64,000 nucleotides of DNA from Eledone cirrhosa. Lineage: Eukaryota. The first letter of the stretch is position 1. Each line of letters opens with the position of its first letter. The translations under genes were made by a program, and so were the position numbers. Of this stretch, positions 40,301 through 53,219 are shown one piece after another. The stretch lies in contig OZ024751.1 of assembly GCA_964016885.1 (NCBI GenBank), positions 1,736,001 to 1,800,000 of the forward strand, given 5' to 3'. The notes under the pieces are model-generated. The model saw only the letters and a program-made list of their open reading frames with translations, had not been told where the DNA came from and searched no databases.

Positions 40301-43300
40301 TGTTGTTGGTGTTGGTGGTCTTACTGTTGTTGGTGTTGTTGGTGTTACTGTTGTTGGTGTTGTTGGTGTTACTGTTGGTGGTGTTGTTGGTGTTACTGTT
40401 GTTGGTGTTGTTGGCGTTACTGTTGTTGGTGTTATCAGTGTTACTGTTGTTGGTGTTGTTGGTGTTACTGTTATTGGTGTTGTTGGTGTTGTTTTTGTTG
40501 GTGTTGGTGGTGTTGGTTTTACTGTTATTGGTGTTGTTGGTGTTACGGCTGTTGGTGTTGTTGGTGTTACTGTTGTTGGTGTTGTTAGTGTTACTGTTGT
40601 TGGTGTTGTTGGAGTTACTGTTGTTGGTGTTGTTTGTATTACTGTTGTTGGTGTTGTTGGTGTTGTTGGTGTTACTGTTGTTGGTGTTGGTGGTCTTACT
40701 GTTGTTGGTGTTGTTGGTATTACTGTTGTTGGTGTTGTTGGTGTTATTGTTGTTGGTGTTGTTGGGGTTGTTGGCTTTACTGTTGTTGGTGTTGTTGGTG
40801 TTACTGTTGATGGTGTTGTTGGTGTTACTGTTGTTGGTGTTGTTGGTGTTACTGTTGTTGGTGTTGTTGGTGTTACTGTTGTTGGTGTTGGTGTTACTGT
40901 TGTTGGTGTTGTTAGTGTTACTGTTGTTGGTGTTGGTGTTGGTGTTACTGTTGTTGGTGTTGTTGGTGTTACTGTTGTTGGTGTTGTTGGTGTTACTGTT
41001 GTGGTGTTGTTAGTGTTACTGTTGTTGGTGTTGTTAGTGTTACTGTTGTTGGTTTTGTTGGTGTTACTGTTGTTGGTGTTGTCAGTGTTACTGTTGTTGG
41101 TGTTGTTAGTGTTACTGTTGTTGGTGTTGTTGGTGTTACTGTTGTTGGTGTTGTTGGTGTTACTGTTGTTGGTGTTGTTAGTGTTACTGTTGTTGGTGTT
41201 GTTTTTGTTGGTGTTGGTGGTGTTGGCGTTACTGTTGTTGGTGTTGGTGGTCTTACTGTTGTTGGTGTTGTTGGTGTTACTGTTGTTGGTGTTGTTAGTA
41301 TTAATGTTGTTGGTGTCGTTGGTGTTACTGTTGTTGGTGTTGGTGGTGTTACTGTTGTTGGTGTTGTTGGTGTTGCTGTTGTTGGTGTTGTTAGTATTAA
41401 TGTTGTTGGTGTCGTTGGTGTTACTGTTGTTGGTGTTGGTGGTGTTACTGTTGTTGGTGATGTTGGTGTTACTGTTGTTGGTGTTGTTGGTGTTACTGTT
41501 GTTGGTGTTACTGTTGTTGGTGTTGTTTTTGTTGGTGTTGGTGGTGTTGGTTTTACTGTTGTTGGTGTTGTTGGTGTTACTGTTGTTGGTGTTGTTGGTG
41601 TTACTGTTGTTGGTGTTGGTGGTGTTACTGTTGTTGGTGTTGTTGGTGTTACTGTTATTGGTGTTACTGTTGTTGGTGTTGGTGGTGTGACTGTTGTTGG
41701 TGTTGTTGGTGTTACTGTTGTTGGTGTTGTTAGTGTTACTGTTGTTGGTGTTGTTAGTGTTATTGTTGTTGGTGTTGTTGGTGTTACTGTTGTTGGTGTT
41801 GTTAGTGTTACTGTTGTTGGTGTTGTTATTGTTACTGTTGTTGGTGTTGCTGGTGTTACTGTTGTTGGTGTTGTTGGTGTTACTGCTGTTGGTGTTGTTG
41901 GTGTTACTGTTGTTGGTGTTGTTGGTGTTACTGGTGTTGGTGTTATTAGTGTTACTGTTGTTGGTGTTGTTAGTGTTACTCTTGTTGGTGTTGTTGGTGT
42001 TAATGTTGTTGGTGTTGTTGGTGTTACTGTTGTTGGTATTGTTGGTGTTACTGTTGTTGGTGTTGTTAGTGTTACTGTTGTTGGTGTTGTTGGTGTTACT
42101 GTTGTTGGTGTTGTTAGTGTTACTGTTGTTGGTGTTGTTTTTGTTGGTGTTGGTGGTGTTGGTGTTACTGTTGTTGGTGTTGGTGGTCTTACTGTTGTTG
42201 GTGTTGTTGGTGTTAATGTTGTTGGTGTTGTTTTTGTTGGTGTTGGTGTTACTGTTGTTGGTGTTGGTGGTCTTACTGTTGTTGGTGTTGTTGGTGTTAC
42301 TGTTGTTGGTGTTGTTGGTGTTACTGTTGTTGGTGTTGTTGGTGTTACTGTTGTTGGTGTTGTTGGCGTTACTGTTGTTGGTGTTACTGTTGTTGGTGTT
42401 GTTTTTGTTGGTGTTGGTGGTGTTGGTTTTACTGTTGTTGGTGTTGTTGGTGTTACGGCTGTTGGTGTTGTTGGTGTTACTGTTGTTGGTGTTGTTAGTG
42501 TTACTGTTGTTGGTGTTGTTGGAGTTACTGTTGTTGGTTTTGTTTGTATTACTGTTGTTGGTGTTGTTGGTGTTGTTGGTGTTACTGTTGTTGGTGTTGG
42601 TGGTCTTACTGTTGTTGGTGTTGTTGGTATTACTGTTGTTGGTGTTGTTGGTGTTATTGTTGTTGGTGTTGTTGGTGTTGTTGGCTTTACTGTTGTTGGT
42701 GTTGTTGGTGTTACTGTTGATGGTGTTGTTGGTGTTACTGTTGTTGGTGTTGTTGGTGTTACTGTTGTTGGTGTTGTTGGTGTTACTGTTGTTGGTGTTG
42801 GTGTTACTGTTGTTGGTGTTGTTAGTGTTACTGTTGTTGGTGTTGGTGTTGGTGTTACTGTTGTTGGTGTTGTTGGTGTTACTGTTGTTGGTGTTGTTGG
42901 TGTTACTGTTGTGGTGTTGTTAGTGTTACTGTTGTTGGTGTTGTTAGTGTTACTGTTGTTGGTTTTGTTGGTGTTACTGTTGTTGGTGTTGTCAGTGTTA
43001 CTGTTGTTGGTGTTGTTAGTGTTACTGTTGTTGGTGTTGTTGGTGTTACTGTTGTTGGTGTTGTTGGTCTTACTGTTGTTGGTGATGTTGGAGTTACTGT
43101 TGTTGGTGTTGTTGGTTTTACTGTTGTTGGTGTTGTTGGTGTTACTGTTGTTGGTGTTGTTGGTGTTACTGTTGTTGGTGTTGTTAGTGTTACTGTTGTT
43201 GGTGTTGTTAGTGTTACTGTTGTCGGTGTTGTTGGTGTTACTGTTGTTGGTGTTGTTATTGTTACTGTTGTTGGTGTTGCTGGTGTTACTGTTGTTGGTG

Positions 43301-46300
43301 TTGTTGGTGTTACTGCTGTTGGTGTTGTTGGTGTTACTGTTGTTGGTGTTGTTGGTGTTACTGTTGTTGGTGTTATTAGTGTTACTGATGTTGGTGTTGT
43401 TAGTGTTACTGTTGTTGGTGTTGTTGGTGTTAATGTTGTTGGTGTTGTTGGTGTTACTGTTGTTGGTATTGTTGGTGTTACTGTTGTTGGTGTTGTTAGT
43501 GTTACTGTTGTTGGTGTTGTTGGTGTTACTGTTGTTGGTGTTGTTAGTGTTACTGTTGTTGGTGTTGTTTTTGTTGGTGTTGGTGGTGTTGGTGTTACTG
43601 TTGTTGGTGTTGGTGGTCTTACTGTTGTTGGTGTTGTTGGTGTTACTGTTGTTGGTGTTGTTGGTGTTACTGTTGGTGGTGTTGTTGGTGTTACTGTTGT
43701 TGGTGTTGTTGGCGTTACTGTTGTTGGTGTTATCAGTGTTACTGTTGTTGGTGTTGTTGGTGTTACTGTTATTGGTGTTGTTGGTGTTGTTTTTGTTGGT
43801 GTTGGTGGTGTTGGTTTTACTGTTATTGGTGTTGTTGGTGTTACGGCTGTTGGTGTTGTTGGTGTTACTGTTGTTGGTGTTGTTAGTGTTACTGTTGTTG
43901 GTGTTGTTGGAGTTACTGTTGTTGGTGTTGTTTGTATTACTGTTGTTGGTGTTGTTGGTGTTGTTGGTGTTACTGTTGTTGGTGTTGGTGGTCTTACTGT
44001 TGTTGGTGTTGTTGGTATTACTGTTGTTGGTGTTGTTGGTGTTATTGTTGTTGGTCTTGTTGGGGTTGTTGGCTTTACTGTTGTTGGTGTTGTTGGTGTT
44101 ACTGTTGATGGTGTTGTTGGTGTTACTGTTGTTGGTGTTGTTGGTGTTACTGTTGTTGGTGTTGTTGGTGTTACTGTTGTTGGTGTTGGTGTTACTGTTG
44201 TTGGTGTTGTTAGTGTTACTGTTGTTGGTGTTGGTGTTGGTGTTACTGTTGTTGGTGTTGTTGGTGTTACTGTTGTTGGTGTTGTTGGTGTTACTGTTGT
44301 GGTGTTGTTAGTGTTACTGTTGTTGGTGTTGTTAGTGTTACTGTTGTTGGTTTTGTTGGTGTTACTGTTGTTGGTGTTGTCAGTGTTACTGTTGTTGGTG
44401 TTGTTAGTGTTACTGTTGTTGGTGTTGTTGGTGTTACTGTTGTTGGTGTTGTTGGTGTTACTGTTGTTGGTGTTGTTAGTGTTACTGTTGTTGGTGTTGT
44501 TTTTGTTGGTGTTGGTGGTGTTGGCGTTACTGTTGTTGGTGTTGGTGGTCTTACTGTTGTTGGTGTTGTTGGTGTTACTGTTGTTGGTGTTGTTAGTATT
44601 AATGTTGTTGGTGTCGTTGGTGTTACTGTTGTTGGTGTTGGTGGTGTTACTGTTGTTGGTGTTGTTGGTGTTGCTGTTGTTGGTGTTGTTAGTATTAATG
44701 TTGTTGGTGTCGTTGGTGTTACTGTTGTTGGTGTTGGTGGTGTTACTGTTGTTGGTGATGTTGGTGTTACTGTTGTTGGTGTTGTTGGTGTTACTGTTGT
44801 TGGTGTTACTGTTGTTGGTGTTGTTTTTGTTGGTGTTGGTGGTGTTGGTTTTACTGTTGTTGGTGTTGTTGGTGTTACGGCTGTTGGTGTTGTTGGTGTT
44901 ACTGTTGTTGGTGTTGTTAGTGTTACTGTTGTTGGTGTTGTTGGAGTTACTGTTGTTGGTGTTGTTAGTATTACTGTTGTTGGTGTTGTTGGTGTTACTG
45001 TTGTTGGTGTTGGTGGTCTTATTATTGTTGGTGTTGTTGGTATTACTGTTGTTGGTGTTGTTGGTGTTACTGTTGTTGCTGTTGTTGGTGTTACTGTTGT
45101 TGGTGTTGTTGGTTTTACTGTTGTTGGTGTTGTTGGTGTTACTGTTGATGGTGTTGTTGGTGTTACTGTTGTTGGTGTTACTGTTGTTGGTGTTGTTGGT
45201 GTTACTGTTGTTGGTGTTGTTGGTGTTACTGTCGTTGGTGTTGGTGTTACTGTTGTTGGTGTTGTTAGTGTTACTGTTGCTGGTGTTGGTGTTGGTGTTA
45301 CTGTTGTTGGTGTTGTTGGTGTTACTGTTGTGGTGTTGTTAGTGTTACTGTTGTTGGTGTTGTTAGTGTTACTGTTGTTGGTTTTGTTGGTGTTACTGTT
45401 GTTGGTGTTGTCAGTGTTACTGTTGTTGGTGTTGTTAGTGTTACTGTTGTTGGTGTTGTTGGTGTTACTGTTGTTGGTGTTGTTAGTATTACTGTTGTTG
45501 GTGTTGGTGGTGTTACTGTTGTTGGTGTTGTTGGTGTTACTGTTGTTGGTGTTGTTGGTGTTACTGTTGTTAGTGTTGTTAGTGTTACTGTTGTTGGTGT
45601 TATTGGTGTTACTGTTGTTGGTGTTGTTGGTGTTACTGTTGTTGGTGTTGTTAGTATTACTCTTGTTGGTGTTGGTGGTGTTACTGTTGTTGGTGTTGTT
45701 AGTATTACTGTTGTTGGTGTTGGTGGTGTTACTGTTGTTGGTGTTGTTGGTGTTACTGTTGTTGGTGTTGTTTGTGTTACTGTTGTTGGTGTTGGTGGTG
45801 TTACTGTTGTTAGTGTTACTGTTGTTGGTGTTGTTGGTGTTACTGTTGTTGGTGTTGTTGGTGTTACTGTTGTTGGTGGTGTTGGTGTTACTGTTGTTGG
45901 TGTTGTTGGTGTTACTGTTATTGGTGTTGGTGGTGTTACTGTTGTTGGTGTTGTTGGTGTTACTGTTGTTGGTGTTGTTGGTGTTACTGCTTTGGTGTTG
46001 TTGGTGTTACTTTTGTTGGTGTTGTTGGTGTTACTGTTGTTAGTGTTACTGTTGTTGATGTTGTTGGTGGTACTGTTGTTGATGGTGTTACTGTTGTTGG
46101 TGTTGGTGTTGTTAGTGTTACTGTTGTTGGTGTTGTTGGTGTTACTGTTGTTGGTGTTGTTAGTGTTATCATTGTTGGTGTTGTTGGTGTTACTGTTGTT
46201 GGTGTTGTTTGTGTTACTGTTGTTGGTGTTGTTGGTGTTACTGTTGTTTGTGTTGTTGGTGTTACTGTTGTTGGTGTTGTTGGTGTTACTGCTTTGGTGT

Positions 46301-49300
46301 TGTTGGTGTTACTTTTGTTGGTGTTGTTGGTGTTACTGTTGTTCGTGTTGTTGGTGTTACTGTTGTTGGTGTTGTTGGTGTTACTGTTGTTGATGTTATT
46401 AGTGTAACTGTTGTTGGTGTTGGTGGTGTTACTGTTATTGGTGTTACTGTTGTTGGTGTTGGTGGTGTGACTGTTGTTGGTGTTGTTGGTGTTACTGTTG
46501 TTGGTGTTGTTAGTGTTACTGTTGTTGGTGTTGTTAGTGTTACTGTTGTTAGTGTTGTTGGTGTTACTGTTGTTGGTGTTGTTAGTGTTACTGTTGTTGG
46601 TGTTGTTATTGTTACTGTTGTTGGTGTTGCTGGTGTTACTGTTGTTGGTGTTGTTGGTGTTACTGTTGTTGGTGTTGTTGTTGTTAATGTTGTTGGTGTT
46701 GTTTGTGTTACTGTTGTTGGTGTTGGTGGTGTTACTGTTGTTGGTGTTACTGTTGTTGGTGTTGTTGGTGTTACTGTTGTTGGTGTTGTTGGTGTTACTG
46801 TTGTTGGTGGTGTTGGTGTTACTGTTGTTGGTGTTGTTGGTGTTACTGTTATTGGTGTTGGTGGTGTTACTGTTGTTGGTGTTGTTGGTGTTACTGTTGT
46901 TGGTGTTGTTGGTGTTACTGTTGTTGATGTTGTAGGTGTTACTGTTGTTGATGGTGCTGGTGTTACTGTTGTTGGTGTTGTTAGTGTTATTGTTGTTGGT
47001 GTTGTTGGTGTTACTGTTGTTGGTGTTGTTAGTGTTACTGTTGTTGGTGTTGTTGGTGTTACTGTTGTTGGTGTTGTTTGTGTTACTGTTGTTGGTGCTG
47101 TTGGTGTTACTGTTGTTGGTGTTGTTGGTGTTACTGTTGTTGGTGTTGTTTGTGTTACTGCTTTGGTGTTGTTGGTGTTAATTTTGTTGGTGTTGTTGGT
47201 GTTACTGTTGTTGGTGTTGTTGGTGTTACTGTTGTTGGTGTTGTTGGTGTTACTGTTGTTGATGTTATTAGTGTTACTGTTGTTGGTGTTGGTGGTGTTA
47301 CTGTTGTTGGTGTTGTTGGTGTTACTGTTATTGGTGTTACTGTTGTTGGTGTTGGTGGTGTGACTGTTGTTGGTGTTGTTGGTGTTACTGTTGTTGGTGT
47401 TGTTAGTGTTACTGTTGTTGGTGTTGTTAGTGTTACTGTTGTTGGTGTTGTTAGTGTTACTGTTGTTGGTGTTGTTATTGTTACTGTTGTTGGTGTTGCT
47501 GGTGTTACTGTTGTTGGTGTTGTTGGTGTTACTGTTGTTGGTGTTGTTGGTGTTACTGTTGTTGGTGTTGTTGGTGTTACTGTTGTTGGTGTTATTAGTG
47601 TTACTGTTGTTGGTGTTGTTAGTGTTACTGTTGTTGGTGTTGTTGGTGTTAATGTTGTTGGTGTTGTTGGTGTTACTGTTGTTGGTGTTGTTGGTGTTAC
47701 TGTTGTTGGTGTTGTTAGTGTTACTGTTGTTGGTGTTGTTAGTGTTACTGTTGTCGGTGTTGTTGGTGTTACTGTTGTTGGTGTTGTTGGTGTTACTTTT
47801 GTTGGTGTTGTTAGTGTTACTGTTGTTGGTGTTGTTAGTGTTACTGTTGTTGGTGTTGTTGGTGTTACTGCTGTTGGTGTTGTTGGTGTTACTGTTGTTG
47901 GTGTTATTGGTGTTACTGTTGTTGGTGTTGTTGGTGTTACTGTTGTTGGTGTTGTTAGTGTTACTGTTGTTGGTGTTGTTAGTGTTACTGTTGTTGGTGT
48001 TGTTGGTGTTACTGTTGTTGGTGTTGTTGATGTTACTGTTGTTGGTGTTGTTAGTGTTACTGTTGTTGGTGTTGTTAGTGTTACTGTTGTTGGTGTTGTT
48101 GGTGTTACTGTTGTTGGTGTTGTTGGTGTTACTGTTGTTGGTGTTATTAGTGTTACTGTTGGTGGTGTTGTTTGTGTTACTGTTGTTGGTGTTGTTGGTG
48201 TTACTGTTGTTGGTGTTATTGGTGTTACTGATGTTGGTGTTGTTGGTGTTACTGTTGTTGGTGTTGTTAGTGTTACTGTTGTTGGTGTTGTTAGTATTAA
48301 TGTTGTTGGTGTCGTTGGTGTTACTGTTGTTGGTTTTGGTGATGTTACTGTTGTTGGTGTTGTTGGAGTTACTGTTGTTGTTGTTGTTGGTGTTACTGTT
48401 GTTGGTGTTATTGGTGTTACTGTTGTTGGTGTTGTTGGTGTTGTTTGTGTTACTGTTGTTGGTGTTACTGTTGTGGTGTTGTTAGTGTTACTGTTGTTGG
48501 TGTTGTTATTGTTACTGTTGTTGGTTTTGTTGGTATTACTGTTGTTGGTGTTATTCGTGTTACTGTTGTTGGTGTTGTTGGTGTTACTGTTGTTGGTGTT
48601 GTTGGTGTTACTGTTGTTGGTGTTGTTAGTATTAATGTTGTTGGTGTCGTTGGTGTTACTGTTGTTGGTGTTGGTGGTGTTACTGTTGTTGGTGTTGTTG
48701 GTGTTACTGTTGTTGGTGTTGTTCGTGTTACTGTTGTTGGTGTTGGTGTTACTGTTGTTGGTGTTGTTAGTGTTACTGTTGTTGGTGTTGGTGTTGGTGT
48801 TACTGTTGTTGGTGTTGTTGGTGTTACTGTTGGTGGTGTTGTTGGTGTTACTGTTGTGGTGTTGTTAGTGTTACTGTTGTTGGTGTTGTTAGTGTTACTG
48901 TTGTTGGTTTTGTTGGTGTTACTGTTGTTGGTGTTGTCAGTGTTACTGTTGTTTGTGTTGTTAGTGTTACTGTTGTTGGTGTTGTTATTGTTACTGTTGT
49001 TGGTGTTGCTGGTGTTACTGTTGTTGGTGTTGTTGGTGTTACTGTTGTTGGTGTTGTTGGTGTTACTGTTGTTGGTGTTGTTGGTGTTACTGTTGTTCGT
49101 GTTATTAGTGTTACTGTTGTTGGTGTTGTTAGTGTTACTGTTGTTGGTGTTGTAGGTGTTAATGTTGCTGTTGTTGTTGGTGTTACTGTTGTTGGTGTTG
49201 TTGGTGTTTCTGTTGTTGATGTTGTTAGTGTTACTGTTGTTGGTGTTGTTAGTGTTACTGTTGTCGGTGTTGTTGGTGTTACTGTTGTTGGTGTTGTTGG

Positions 49301-52300
49301 TGTTACTTTTGTTGGTGTTGTTAGTGTTACTGTTGTTGGTGTTGTTAGAGTCACTGTTGTTCGTGTTGTTGGTGTTACTGTTGTTGGTGTTGTTGGTGTT
49401 ACTGTTGTTGGTGTTGCTGGTGTTACTGTTGTTGGTGTTGTTGGTGTTACTGTTGTTGGTGTTGTTGGTGTTACTGTTGTTGGTGTTGTTGGTGTTACTG
49501 TTGTTGGTGTTACTAGTGTTAATGTTGTTGGTGTTGTTTGTGTTACTGTTGTTGGTGTTGTTGGTGTTGTTGGTGTTACTGTTGTTGGTGTTATTGGTGT
49601 TACTGTTGTTGGTGTTGTTGGTGTTACTGTTGTTGGTGTTGTTGGTGTTACTGTTGTTGGTGTTGTTAGTGTTACTGTTGTTGGTGTTGTTGGTGTTACT
49701 GTTGTTGGTGTTGTTGGTGTTACTGTTGTTGGTGTTGTTAGTGTAACTGTGTTGGTGTTGTTAGTGTTACTGTTGTTGGTGTTGTTGGTGTTACTGTTGT
49801 TGGTGTTGTTGGTGTTACTGTTGTTGGTGTTATTAGTGTTACTGTTGTTGGTGTTGTTTGTGTTACTGTTGTTGGTGTTGTTGGTGTTACTGTTGTTGGT
49901 GTCATTGGTGTTACTGATGTTGGTGTTGTTGGTGTTACTGTTGTTGATGTTGTTGGTGTTACTGTTGTTGGTGTTGTTAGTATTAATGTTGTTGGTGTCG
50001 TTGGTGTTACTGTTGTTGGTGTTGTTCGTGTTACTGTTGTTGGTGTTGTTGGAGTTACTGTTGTTTTTGTTGTTGGTGTTACTGTTGTTGGTGTTATTGG
50101 TGTTACTGTTGTTGGTGTTGTTGGTGTTGTTTGTGTTACTGTTGTTGGTGTTGTTGGTGTTACTGTTATTGGTGTTGTTGGTGTTACTGTTGTTGGTGTT
50201 GTTGGTGTTACTGTTGTGGTGTTGTTAGTGTTACTGTTGTTGGTGTTTTTATTGTTACTGTTGTTGGTTTTGTTGGTGTTACTGTTGTTGGTGTTATTGG
50301 TGTTACTGTTGTTGGTGTTGTTGGTGTTACTGTTGTTGGTGTTGTTGGTGTTACTGTTGTTGGTGTTGTTAGTATTAATGTTGTTGGTGTCGTTGGTGTT
50401 ACTGTTGTTGTTGTTGGTGGTGTTACTGTTGTTGGTGTTGTTGGTGTTACTGTTGTTGGTGTTGTTCGTGTTACTGTTGTTGGTGTTGGTGTTACTGTTG
50501 TTGGTGTTGTTAGTGTTACTGTTGTTGGTTTTGGTGTTGGTGTTACTGTTGTTGGTGTTGTTGGTGTTACTGTTGTTGGTGTTGTTGGTGTTACTGTTGT
50601 GGTGTTGTTAGTGTTACTGTTGTTGGTGTTGTTAGTGTTACTGTTGTTGCTTTTGTTGGTGTTACTGTTGTTGGTGTTGTCAGTGTTACTGTTGTTGGTG
50701 TTGTTAGTGTTACTGCTGTTGGTGTTGTTATTGTTACTGTTGTTGGTGTTGCTGGTGTTACTGTTGTTGGTGTTGTTGGTGTTACTGTTGTTGGTGTTGT
50801 TGGTGTTACTGTTGTTGGTGTTGTTGGTGTTACTGTTGTTGGTGTTATTAGTGTTACTGTTGTTGGTGTTGTTAGTGTTACTGTTGTTGGTGTTGTTGCT
50901 GTTACTGTTGTTGGTGTTGTTAGTGTTACTGTTGTTGGTGTTGTTAGTGTTACTGTTGTTGGTTTTGTTGGTGTTACTGTTGTTGGTGTTGTCAGTGTTA
51001 CTGTTGTTGGTGTTGTTAGTGTTACTGTTGTTGGTGTTGTTATTGTTACTGTTGTTGGTGTTGCTGGTGTTACTGTTGTTGGTGTTGTTGGTGTTACTGT
51101 TGTGGGTGTTGTTGGTGTTACTGTTGTTGGTGTTGTTGGTGTTACTGTTGTTCGTGTTATTAGTGTTACTGTTGTTGGTGTTGTTAGTGTTACTGTTGTT
51201 GGTGTTGTAGGTTTTAATGTTGCTGTTGTTGTTGGTGTTACTGTTGTTGGTGTTGTTGGTGTTTCTGTTGTTGATGTTGTTAGTGTTACTGTTGTTGGTG
51301 TTGTTAGTGTTACTGTTGTCGGTGTTGTTGGTGTTACTGTTGTTGGTGTTGTTGGTGTTACTTTTGTTGGTGTTGTTAGTGTTACTGTTGTTGGTGTTGT
51401 TAGAGTCACTGTTGTTCGTGTTGTTGGTGTTACTGTTGTTGGTGTTGTTGGTGTTACTGTTGTTGGTGTTGCTGGTGTTACTGTTGTTGGTGTTGTTGGT
51501 GTTACTGTTGTTGGTGTTGTTGGTGTTACTGTTGTTGGTCTTGTTGGTGTTACTGTTGTTGGTGTTATTAGTGTTAATGTTGTTGGTGTTGTTTGTGTTA
51601 CTGTTGTTGGTGTTGTTGGTGTTACTGTTGTTGGTGTTATTGGTGTTACTGTTGTTGGTGTTGTTGGTGTTACTGTTGTTGGTGTTGTTAGTGTTACTGT
51701 TGTTGGTGTTGTTAGTGTTACTGTTGTTGGTGTTGTTGGTGTTACTGTTGTTGGTGTCATTGGTGTTACTGATGTTGGTGTTGTTGGTGTTACTGTTGTT
51801 GGTGTTGTTGGTGTTACTGTTGTTGGTGTTGTTAGTATTAATGTTGTTGGTGTCGTTGGTGTTACTGTTGTTGGTGTTGTTCGTGTTACTGTTGTTGGTG
51901 TTGTTGGAGTTATTGTTGTTGTTGTTGTTGGTGTTACTGTTGTTGGTGTTATTGGTGTTACTGTTGTTGGTGTTGTTGGTGTTGTTTGTGTTACTGTTGT
52001 AGGTGTTGTTGGTGTTACTGTTATTGGTGTTGTTCGTGTTACTGTTGTTGGTGTTGTTGGAGTTATTGTTGTTGTTGTTGTTGGTGTTACTGTTGTTGGT
52101 GTTATTGGTGTTACTGTTGTTGGTGTTGTTGGTGTTGTTTGTGTTACTGTTGTAGGTGTTGTTGGTGTTACTGTTATTGGTGTTGTTGGTGTTACTGTTG
52201 TTGGTGTTGTTGGTGTTACTGTTGTGGTGTTGTTAGTGTTACTGTTGTTGGTGTTGTTATTGTTACTGTTGTTGGTTTTGTTGGTGTTACTGTTGTTGGT

Positions 52301-52738
52301 GTTATTGGTGTTACTGTTGTTGGTGTTGTTGGTGTTACTGTTGTTGGTGTTGTTGGTGTTACTGTTGTTGGTGTTGTTAGTATTAATGTTGTTGGTGTCG
52401 TTGGTGTTACTGTTGTTGTTGTTGGTGGTGTTACTGTTGTTGGTGTTGTTGGTGTTACTGTTGTTGGTGTTGTTCGTGTTACTGTTGTTGGTGTTGGTGT
52501 TACTGTTGTTGGTGTTGTTAGTGTTACTGTTGTTGGTGTTGGTGTTGGTGTTACTGTTGTTGGTGTTGTTGGTGTTACTGTTGTTGGTGTTGTTGGTGTT
52601 ACTGTTGTGGTGTTGTTAGTGTTACTGTTGTTGGTGTTGTTAGTGTTACTGTTGTTGCTTTTGTTGGTGTTACTGTTGTTGGTGTTGTCAGTGTTACTGT
52701 TGTTGGTGTTGTTAGTGTTACTGTTGTTGGTGTTGTTA
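37337..52738. repeat. Copy 2 of the ~12.5-kb tandem duplication, enlarged to ~15.4 kb by an internal 3,298-bp duplication
   Basis: The ordered rare variants match those of 24,769-37,336 (e.g. GTCGTTGGTAAT, GTTATCATT, AGAGTCACT, GTAGGTTTTAAT). The match ends at AGT 37313 vs ATT 52738. Confidence 0.9.
38255..44878. repeat. 3,298-bp tandem duplication (approx. 38,255-41,580 vs 41,553-44,878)
   Basis: Identical 409-aa ORFs at 38396 and 41694; landmarks 39625/42923 and 41001/44299 differ by 3,298. Confidence 0.9.
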
Positions 52739-53219
52739 TTGTTACTGTTGTTGGTGTTGCTGGTGTTACTGTTGTTGGTGTTGTTGGTGTTACTGTTGTT
52801 GGTGTTGTTGGTGTTACTGTTGTTGGTGTTGTTGGTGTTACTGTTGTTGGTGTTATTAGTGTTACTGTTGTTGGTGTTGTTAGTGTTACTGTTGTTGGTG
52901 TTGTTGCTGTTACTGTTGTTGGTGTTGTTGGTGTTTCTGTTGTTGGTGTTGTTAGTGTTACTGTTGTTGGTGTTGTTAGTGTTACTGTTGTCGGTGTTGT
53001 TGGTGTTACTGTTGTTGGTGTTGTTGGTGTTACTTTTGTTGGTGTTGTTAGTGTTACTGTTGTTGGTGTTGTTAGTGTTACTGTTGTTGGTGTTGTTGGT
53101 GTTACTGTTGTTGGTGTTGTTGGTGTTACTGTTGTTGGTGTTATTAGTGTTAATGTTGTTGGTGTTGTTTGTGTTACTGTTGTTGGTGTTGTTGGTGTTA
53201 CTGTTGTTGGTGTTATTGG

